Assembly: GCA_905236735.1 (NCBI GenBank)
Contig: CAJOOU010000050.1
Span: 1 to 42,461 of the forward strand
From: an uncultured Eubacterium sp.
GTDB taxonomy: Bacteria > Bacillota > Clostridia > Lachnospirales > Lachnospiraceae
Length of the DNA stretch: 42,461 nucleotides
Direction of reading: 5' to 3'
The notes under the pieces are model-generated. The model was not told the DNA's origin, did no database searches, and was given only the letters and a program-made list of their open reading frames with translations. Every line of letters starts with the position of its first letter. Within the stretch, counting starts at the first letter, position 1. Both the position numbers and the translations under genes were made by a program. Below are positions 1 to 6,547 of the stretch, one piece after another.

Positions 1-31
1 ATAAATGCGTGAAATCCCGATTTAGTGAAAA

Positions 32-44
32 GTTACTATGCGCA
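32..44. repeat. Inverted copy (GTTACTATGCGCA) of the 13-nt end of the downstream tandem-repeat unit
   Basis: Exact reverse complement of TGCGCATAGTAAC at 172-184 and 229-241. Confidence 0.7.
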
Positions 45-48
45 ATAA

Positions 49-107
49 AGAAAACCAGATATATTACAAAGAAAGCTTGCTTTTGACTGTAATATATCTG
101 GTTTTCT
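49..107. terminator. Long palindromic hairpin, a probable and possibly bidirectional intrinsic terminator closing the rluD-side transcription unit
   Basis: The arms are a perfect 20 bp: AGAAAACCAGATATATTACA (49-68) and TGTAATATATCTGGTTTTCT (88-107). The loop is itself partly palindromic around AAGCTT. On the minus strand the stem ends in a T-rich run (GGTTTTCT) and is followed by TTATT. It lies about 150 nt downstream of the rluD stop. Confidence 0.6.
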
Positions 108-134
108 TGGAACAGCGTAAGCTGTTCTAAGACT

Positions 135-254
135 ATGAGCAAGTAGCGCGAAGCGCGGATTGCGAATAGTCTGCGCATAGTAACGCAAAACATGAGCAAG
201 TAGCGTAAGGCGCGGATTGCGAATAGTCTGCGCATAGTAACACCATGAGCAAGT
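135..254. repeat. Tandem direct repeats: a 57-nt unit (135-191), a 53-nt unit (192-244) and a third copy truncated after 10 nt (245-254)
   Basis: The first 50 nt of units 1 and 2 (ATGAGCAAGTAGCG..GCGCGGATTGCGAATAGTCTGCGCATAGTAAC) are 47/50 identical. The three differences cluster in the loop of a short GC hairpin. ATGAGCAAGT recurs at 135, 192 and 245. Confidence 0.85.
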
Positions 255-1175
255 CTACCTAAACCTCTTAAAAAGCGTATCGAAGTATTCCGGCATGGGC
301 GCGGCGACTTCAATATATTCTCCGGATCTGGGATGGTTGAATCCGATTACCCCGGCGTGCAGGGCCTGACCTTTAAGATGATACGGATTTTTTCCGGAGC
401 CATAGACGCTGTCACCTAAAAGCGGATGATTTAAAGATGCCATATGAACCCTGATCTGATGAGTTCTACCGGTTTCAAGTTTAAACTCTATAAAGGTACT
501 TACGCCGCTTTTAAATCTTTCGATAACCTTATAATGTGTTATTGCAGACCTTCCGCCTTTTACATTTACCGCCATCTTTTTCCTGTCTGTGGGATGACGC
601 CCTATGGTGGTTTCGATTCTGCCTTTGTCATCTTTTACATTGCCGGCAACAAACCCGTAATATATGCGGTTTACGGTATGGTTTTTTATCTGTTCGGCAA
701 TAATATTATGGGAAAAATCATTTTTACAGACTATTAATGAGCCGGTAGTATCCATATCTATTCTGTGGACTATACCGGGGCGGATTTTGCCGTTTATTCC
801 GGACAAATCATCCTTACAGTGATACATTATTGCATTTACAAGGGTGCCGTTTAAATGTCCGGGTGCAGGATGTACAACCATGCCTTTTGGTTTGTTTACA
901 ACAAGAATATCCTCATCCTCGTAAAGTATATCGAGAGGAATATTTTCTGCGACAATCTCAATTTCTTCATCTTTGGGGATGGTTACACTTATTTCATCAC
1001 CAACAGAGACCCTGTAGCTTGCTTTTTCAGGGTTACCATTTACGGATACATCATTATTCTTCAATAATTTTTGAAAAAAATTGCGTGATTTATCCGGATA
1101 AGCATAAGAAAGATACTTATCCAGTCTTAAATTATCAAATTCCGGCTCTACGGTATATTCATAAAGATTATTCAT
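255..1175 (-). CDS. rluD: 23S rRNA pseudouridine synthase, RluA/RluD family
   Basis: It has an S4-like N-terminus and the catalytic HRIDMDTTG (HRLD-type) motif. I moved the start to MNNLYEY (ATG 1175), which overlaps the lspA stop by 8 nt. The longer ORF would run deep into lspA. Confidence 0.9.
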   Translation of the reverse strand: MNNLYEYTVEPEFDNLRLDKYLSYAYPDKSRNFFQKLLKNNDVSVNGNPEKASYRVSVGDEISVTIPKDEEIEIVAENIPLDILYEDEDILVVNKPKGMVVHPAPGHLNGTLVNAIMYHCKDDLSGINGKIRPGIVHRIDMDTTGSLIVCKNDFSHNIIAEQIKNHTVNRIYYGFVAGNVKDDKGRIETTIGRHPTDRKKMAVNVKGGRSAITHYKVIERFKSGVSTFIEFKLETGRTHQIRVHMASLNHPLLGDSVYGSGKNPYHLKGQALHAGVIGFNHPRSGEYIEVAAPMPEYFDTLFKRFR

Positions 1176-1689
1176 TAGAACCTCGGAAAACCTCCTTGAA
1201 ATCAGCATCCTTATATACAAAAATCACTAAAACACATAAAAGCACTGCAGCAAGGCTGACATAAATATCCGCTACATTAAAAACAGGAAAATTAATAGGT
1301 TTAAAGTAAATAAAGTCAACCACATATCCGTGTCTTATTCTGTCAATGAAATTACCGATTGCACCTGAAATAAGCAAAACTAGAGCTATACGCATTCCAA
1401 AAAATTTATATTCAGCGCTTGAATAAGCGAGCTTAATATAAAAGAAACAGCATAACCCTACAATAAGTACCGTAATAATCAAAAAGAATATCCTGCCTCC
1501 TTCAAGCAGTGAAAATGCGGCTCCGGTATTTTCAAGATAATAAAATTCCAAAACATTATCTATCAAAACAAAGGCATCAGCGTCTTTTAAGTTTGCAACG
1601 GCAAAAATCTTTGTAATCTGGTCGATTGCAACAAGTACAATAATATTTATCAGAGCAATAAACATTTTTCCTATAGTTTTTTTCATCAA
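1168..1689 (-). CDS. lspA: Lipoprotein signal peptidase II
   Basis: 173 aa with four hydrophobic helices and the LspA motifs NTGAAFS and FNVADIY. It sits in the usual lspA-rluD pairing. Confidence 0.9.
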   Translation of the reverse strand: MMKKTIGKMFIALINIIVLVAIDQITKIFAVANLKDADAFVLIDNVLEFYYLENTGAAFSLLEGGRIFFLIITVLIVGLCCFFYIKLAYSSAEYKFFGMRIALVLLISGAIGNFIDRIRHGYVVDFIYFKPINFPVFNVADIYVSLAAVLLCVLVIFVYKDADFKEVFRGSNE

Positions 1690-1705
1690 TAATTTCCCTT
1701 CTGTA

Positions 1706-2803
1706 TTACTTAAGAACAGTAAGCAGAGCTTCCTCTATCTCGTTATCTGTAACTGTTTTGTCAACTATGGCATTACCCACTTCCTGCAAAAGAATGAATT
1801 TAAGAGAGCCCTTATCCATCTTTTTGTCGGATTTCATTGTCTGGATGACATTAATTGCGTTAAATCCGTCAGGAGTAATCTCCGTTGGCAGATTGTATTC
1901 TGTTAAAATTTCCTTAAGCTGTTTATAATCTTCCTTTGTAATATTTCCTCTTTTATATGAAATATATGCCGCTACGCACATACCTAAAGCTACACATTCA
2001 CCGTGTAATAGCGAAAAATTCATAAGTTTTTCGATGGCATGTCCGCCGGTATGACCGAAATTTAAAAGAGCTCTCTCTCCTTTTTCGGTCGGATCGTTTT
2101 CAACTACTGCCCTCTTTATATTGCAGTTTGCAAAAATAATTTCTCCGAGTACATCCTCGTCACACTTTAAGATACTTTCCTTGCATTCATATAGTCTTTT
2201 AAGCAATGCTTTATCTTTGATATAGCCGTGTTTGATAACCTCACCCATACCGCCGCACAGCTCCCGTTTGGGAAGTGATTTAAGAAGCGAAAAATTCATA
2301 TAAACAAGCCTGGGCATATGGAAGGCACCGACCATATTTTTGTAGGATTTGAAATCAACTCCTGTTTTGCCTCCGATACTTGAATCCGACATCGATATTA
2401 AAGTAGTAGGTATCTGAATAAAATCAACGCCTCTTAAGTATGTGGCTGCTGCAAATCCTGTCATATCACCGGTAACGCCGCCACCTAAGGCAATAAGAAT
2501 ATCTCTTCTTTCAAATTTATTGATAATAAGGGATTCGTATATTTCGTTAATGGACGAGAGATTTTTATTCTCCTCTCCGGCCTCAAATGTATAGCAAAAG
2601 AGGTTGGGAAAAGAATTGATCAGCGAATTTTTAAGCTCCTCAAGATAAAGAGGAGCCACATTCGTGTCCGTTACTATCATTATTTTTACGGAACTGTCAT
2701 AAGAAAGAGCCGAAAGTTCATCACTTAAAGCATCAAAAGAATTATTAAAACAAATATCGTAAATTATCTGTCCGTCTTTTTTTACATGTAATCTGTCCTG
2801 CAT
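1706..2803 (-). CDS. aroB: 3-dehydroquinate synthase
   Basis: 365 aa with the GGGVTGDMTGF glycine-rich nucleotide motif, DSSIGGKTG, and the metal-ligand region GHTGGHAIE / LLHGECVA. Confidence 0.9.
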   Translation of the reverse strand: MQDRLHVKKDGQIIYDICFNNSFDALSDELSALSYDSSVKIMIVTDTNVAPLYLEELKNSLINSFPNLFCYTFEAGEENKNLSSINEIYESLIINKFERRDILIALGGGVTGDMTGFAAATYLRGVDFIQIPTTLISMSDSSIGGKTGVDFKSYKNMVGAFHMPRLVYMNFSLLKSLPKRELCGGMGEVIKHGYIKDKALLKRLYECKESILKCDEDVLGEIIFANCNIKRAVVENDPTEKGERALLNFGHTGGHAIEKLMNFSLLHGECVALGMCVAAYISYKRGNITKEDYKQLKEILTEYNLPTEITPDGFNAINVIQTMKSDKKMDKGSLKFILLQEVGNAIVDKTVTDNEIEEALLTVLK

Positions 2804-2813
2804 AACGGGCCTC

Positions 2814-3308
2814 TTATATATCTATGTGCAGACTTCCTTCAAGTCCGCCCAAAAGTTCCTGAAAATCCCCTGATATATCGACGCTTGGCGGAGTAATTAT
2901 AAAAATATAATTGGATATCTTTTGAAGATTACCGCTGATTGCAAAACATGAACCTGATGTGAAATCAATGATTCTCTGAGCAATATCGAGATTGAGTCCT
3001 TCCATATTGAGTACTACCGTACGGCCGTTTAGAAGTGTCTCTGTTATTTCCCTTGCGTCTTCAATGGAATTCGGCTTAATTACACAAACCTCCATATTAT
3101 CGTCCCCCTGTCCTTTTTTACTTCCCCTCATCGGCATAATTTTCGGTGTGGTTTTGGGTACCTTTGCAGACCTTGTATCATCTTCTTTCTTTTTAAATAC
3201 AGAGCGCTTTTCCTCTGTATATTCTTCTTCTATATCATCATCATATTCTTCATAATCATCATCCGGATTAAGGTTCATAACATTTAAAAATTTGTCTATT
3301 ACACTCAT
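2814..3308 (-). CDS. sepF: Cell division protein SepF
   Basis: It has an N-terminal amphipathic helix (MSVIDKFLNVM), an acidic/basic linker, and the C-terminal SepF core (VCVIKPNSIEDAREI...VVLNMEGL...AQRIIDF). An AAGGAG RBS precedes ATG 3308. The longer ORF overlaps yggS. Confidence 0.88.
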   Translation of the reverse strand: MSVIDKFLNVMNLNPDDDYEEYDDDIEEEYTEEKRSVFKKKEDDTRSAKVPKTTPKIMPMRGSKKGQGDDNMEVCVIKPNSIEDAREITETLLNGRTVVLNMEGLNLDIAQRIIDFTSGSCFAISGNLQKISNYIFIITPPSVDISGDFQELLGGLEGSLHIDI

Positions 3309-3318
3309 TTTTTTCTCC

Positions 3319-4011
3319 TTATACAGTGTAGTTTCGTTCACCGAAAATACCGGTGCCGACACGAACAAATGTAGCGCCTTCTTCGATGGCAACCTCATAA
3401 TCCCCGGTCATTCCCATAGAAAGCACACTCATAGATACATTATCAATGTTTTCCTTTGCTATGTCAATGGATAAATCCCGTATGGCTCTAAAATATTTGC
3501 GGTTATCTTCGGGATTGGTTACATAGGGAGCGATTGTCATAAGCCCTTTTATATTTATGTGCGGGAGTTTTGCAACCTCCCTGACAAGATCAGTGACTTC
3601 GTCTTTGTAAAGGCCGAACTTACTCTCTTCTTCGGCCATATTTACTTCAATCAGAATATCTGCATTAACCCCCTTTTTTTCGGCCTGTCTGCTTATTTCT
3701 TCAGCCAGATGGTACGAATCCACGGAATGTATAAGGCAAACCTTATCAACTATATATTTTACCTTGTTTGTCTGAAGGTGGCCTATCATATGCCATTTTA
3801 TATCATCGGGAAGGACAGGGAATTTATCCCTTATTTCCTGGACCTTGTTTTCTCCGAAATCCCTTGCACCGGCAGAATATGCTTCTTCGAGCATAGGTAC
3901 CGGTTTGGTTTTGCTTACGGCAATAAGAGTAACTTCTTCCGGACTGCGCCCGGATCTTATGCAGGCATTTTTTACATTTTCAAGTATTTTTGAATAATTT
4001 TCCTTTATCAT
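3319..4011 (-). CDS. yggS: PLP-binding homeostasis protein, YggS/YlmE family
   Basis: 230 aa with the PLP lysine context AVSKTKP and the HLQTNK motif. It shows the classical ylmE-sepF adjacency. Confidence 0.9.
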   Translation of the reverse strand: MIKENYSKILENVKNACIRSGRSPEEVTLIAVSKTKPVPMLEEAYSAGARDFGENKVQEIRDKFPVLPDDIKWHMIGHLQTNKVKYIVDKVCLIHSVDSYHLAEEISRQAEKKGVNADILIEVNMAEEESKFGLYKDEVTDLVREVAKLPHINIKGLMTIAPYVTNPEDNRKYFRAIRDLSIDIAKENIDNVSMSVLSMGMTGDYEVAIEEGATFVRVGTGIFGERNYTV

Positions 4012-4028
4012 GATAACCTCCGTATCAG

Positions 4029-5000
4029 TTAACTTTCAGTCTCGAGAAGCTGCGTCATCTGAGTATATAAATCAGAGTGTGAGGCTGCATTAAGAACAAC
4101 CGAAATATATCTTTTGCCGCTTGCGCTTTCACTTAGAAGTACCAGACAGCTTCCGGCGGCACTTGTTGTACCTGTTTTTCCGCCGAGTACGGTAACTCCG
4201 TCAGGTGCGCTGTAAGAACCGGAAAGATATCCGTTTGTTGTCGTCCACTGCGCATTTACAGCACTGCCGCTTGCATCGGTATATTCAGCCGTATAGGAAT
4301 CAGCGGTAATTATGGTATAAAAATCCTCGTTTTCCAGAGCATTTTTAAATATCATATATAAATCATATGCCGAGGTATAATGTTCTTCATTGGTAAGGCC
4401 GTTTGGATTTACAAAATGCGAAAGCGTAGCGCCCGTATAGTTTGCTTTTTCATTCATAAGCTCGGCAAAAGCATCCACAGAGCCGGAGGTATATTCGGCA
4501 AGGGCAATGGCCGCTTCGTTACCGGAACGCAAAATAAGCCCGTAAAGAGCATCTCTTACGCTAACTGTATCTCCTGCATTAAATCCACAGACAGATGAGC
4601 CGTATTCCAAATCAAGGGCATTTTCGCTGATTGTAAAGGTATCATCGAGGTTGTCGCAGGTTTCTACAACTATGGATGCCGTAAGAATTTTGGTTGTGCT
4701 TGCCGGATACAGCTGCTCATAACAGTTTTTTGAAAAATTTACCGTATTGTCATCAAGGCAGACAATGAGTGCAGCTTCGGAAAGTGAATCATCAACGGCT
4801 GTATTGTATATATTGTCTTCAATCACAGCAAGATCCGAGGAAAATGCTTGAGCAAAGCCTAAATACGCGTTTTCACCGAGACCAAAGGACGAAGATGTAT
4901 TTAAAACATCATATTCATTTTTAAGATTACTGCCGCACCCGCCAAGAAAGATACAAAAAAAAGCCGACAGTATTATTAATCTTTTACTTATACATTTCAC
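4029..5000 (-). CDS. D-alanyl-D-alanine carboxypeptidase (peptidase S11), lipoprotein
   Basis: It has a lipobox (FLGGC) and the penicillin-binding motifs STTK, SGN and KTGTT. Confidence 0.85.
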   Translation of the reverse strand: MKCISKRLIILSAFFCIFLGGCGSNLKNEYDVLNTSSSFGLGENAYLGFAQAFSSDLAVIEDNIYNTAVDDSLSEAALIVCLDDNTVNFSKNCYEQLYPASTTKILTASIVVETCDNLDDTFTISENALDLEYGSSVCGFNAGDTVSVRDALYGLILRSGNEAAIALAEYTSGSVDAFAELMNEKANYTGATLSHFVNPNGLTNEEHYTSAYDLYMIFKNALENEDFYTIITADSYTAEYTDASGSAVNAQWTTTNGYLSGSYSAPDGVTVLGGKTGTTSAAGSCLVLLSESASGKRYISVVLNAASHSDLYTQMTQLLETES

Positions 5001-5379
5001 GCCACTCTAAGTCTCCTCTGTCCAAAGATTTGATTAACAGCTCCGCAGTTGCCAGACTTGAGGCAAACGGAATATTATGTATATCACAGGATCTCATTAT
5101 TATATCTACATCGGGTTCACTGCTTCTGGGAGTCATAGGATCCCTCAGAAAAATAACCAAATCCATCTGATTGTGCTCTATCTGCGAGCCTATCTGTTCT
5201 ATACCGCCAAGACTGCCGGCGTGGTATTTATGCACAGACAGGTTGGTAGCTTCTTCTATGAGCCTTCCTGTGGTTCCTGTTGCATACAGCTCATTTTTAG
5301 CAAGTATGTTTTTATATGCCACGCAGAAATTCTGCATGAGATTCTTTTTTGTTTCATGGGCAATAAATCCTATTCGCAT
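4984..5379 (-). CDS. Methylglyoxal synthase-like protein with substituted catalytic residues
   Basis: 131 aa that aligns colinearly with MgsA (IAHxxKK, LYATGTTG, IFLRDP, EPDV, NIP). However it reads GGIEQ instead of GGDQQ and SSEPD instead of PHD/EPD (see findings). Confidence 0.8.
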   Translation of the reverse strand: MRIGFIAHETKKNLMQNFCVAYKNILAKNELYATGTTGRLIEEATNLSVHKYHAGSLGGIEQIGSQIEHNQMDLVIFLRDPMTPRSSEPDVDIIMRSCDIHNIPFASSLATAELLIKSLDRGDLEWREMYK

Positions 5380-5400
5380 ATATGTCCCCCTTTCAGATTG

Positions 5401-6531
5401 TTATCTCCTCTTGTCCGATTGCAGCCCGATATTTAATACGAATCCTATTCCAATAAACATTGTTACAAGAGAGGTAAGTCCGTAGCTGACAAAAGGAAGC
5501 GGAAGTCCGGTATTGGGCAAAAGTCCGGTTACAACGCAGATGTTAACAAAACTCTGTATTCCGATAAGACAGCCCATTCCGTAGCAAATAAGCTGTCCCT
5601 GCAGGTTACGGGCACTTGTGCCTATTAAAATACATTCAATGGCAATGATAAAAAGCAGCCCTATGATAATGCAACATCCGACAAAACCAAGTTCCTCTCC
5701 GGTTACGGCAAATATAAAATCGGTCTGGGGCTCGGATATAAAGTTACCGTTTTTCAGAGAATTAATATTGTTGTTAAACAGCCCCTTTCCCAGCAGTCTT
5801 CCGCTGCCGACAGCAGTAATGGAATTAAGCTGCTGATAGGCACTTTGAGGATAATCCTCCGGATGAAGCCACGACACAATTCTCAGCCACTGATAGTAGG
5901 AAATAATAGTCTGGTTATCCTGGATTATCGCATGGAAAAGCACGGCAAACGCAGGTATCCCGACAGCAAGAATAGGCACAATAATTTTGTATGAAAGTCC
6001 CACAAGATACAAAAGCAGGGCACATACCAGAAAAAGCACTATACTTGTAGAAAGGTCGGGCTGTTTTAAAATAAGCAGTATAGGTAAAAATATAAGCACA
6101 ACAGTGGTGATGAATCCTTTTGGAGTATTCAGTTTTTCCCTGTAACGGTTTAAATACTCCGCCAGAAAGAGTATCATCAGTATTTTTACAAGTTCCGACG
6201 GTTGGAATTTAATAAATCCAAGGTCAACCCATCTTGTAGCACCACCAACATCGTCTCCAAAGATGAAAATCAGACCTAGAAGCACAAGAGCCAAGCCGTA
6301 AATAAACCAGAAAAAACTGAGGACATAGTTATAGTCCACAAGGGAAACCACAGTCATGGCTATAAGCCCGAGAATTAGACCTACTATCTGTTTGTTTCTG
6401 TAGGCTTCGTTTGCGCTGGAAATAATCATAATTCCCATTACGGAGATTGCAAGAGTAAAAACAATCAGGGAAAAATGATAATTTACCAGTCTGTATTTTC
6501 TTGTAATGTTTTCGCTAATTTCAAGTCGCAT
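5401..6531 (-). CDS. rodA: SEDS peptidoglycan glycosyltransferase, RodA/FtsW family
   Basis: A polytopic membrane protein with typical SEDS C-terminal segments (SEPQTDFIFA, PNTGLPLPFVSYG). I chose the start at MRLEISEN (ATG 6531), because the 5' extension of the ORF overlaps pbp2 by 188 nt. Confidence 0.88.
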   Translation of the reverse strand: MRLEISENITRKYRLVNYHFSLIVFTLAISVMGIMIISSANEAYRNKQIVGLILGLIAMTVVSLVDYNYVLSFFWFIYGLALVLLGLIFIFGDDVGGATRWVDLGFIKFQPSELVKILMILFLAEYLNRYREKLNTPKGFITTVVLIFLPILLILKQPDLSTSIVLFLVCALLLYLVGLSYKIIVPILAVGIPAFAVLFHAIIQDNQTIISYYQWLRIVSWLHPEDYPQSAYQQLNSITAVGSGRLLGKGLFNNNINSLKNGNFISEPQTDFIFAVTGEELGFVGCCIIIGLLFIIAIECILIGTSARNLQGQLICYGMGCLIGIQSFVNICVVTGLLPNTGLPLPFVSYGLTSLVTMFIGIGFVLNIGLQSDKRR

Positions 6532-6547
6532 TATATACCTCGATAAC

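Noticed and set aside
49-107. The AT-rich palindrome as a dif/Xer site, given that ftsK is in the window
   Set aside because: It bears no resemblance to the Firmicute dif consensus beyond AT-richness. A perfect 20-bp hairpin with a T-run is better explained as a terminator.
135-254. Possible CRISPR array or integron attC sites, suggested by the direct repeats
   Set aside because: The repeat units are contiguous, with only 3-7 nt of variable sequence between the 50-nt cores, so there are no spacers. There are only 2.2 copies and no cas genes or integrase. The ends do not fit the attC RYYYAAC/GTTRRRY cores.
135-262. Repeated mini-ORFs ATG AGC AAG TAG (MSK-stop) inside the repeats
   Set aside because: They are only three codons long, have no RBS, lie on the strand opposite the flanking operon, and have no downstream gene to regulate. 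They are most likely a by-product of the repeat sequence.
4984-5000. Recurrent 17-nt gene overlaps (4984-5000, 23646-23662, 41861-41877) as a shared signal
   Set aside because: The overlapping sequences are unrelated. 17 nt is simply one of the allowed out-of-frame overlap lengths.
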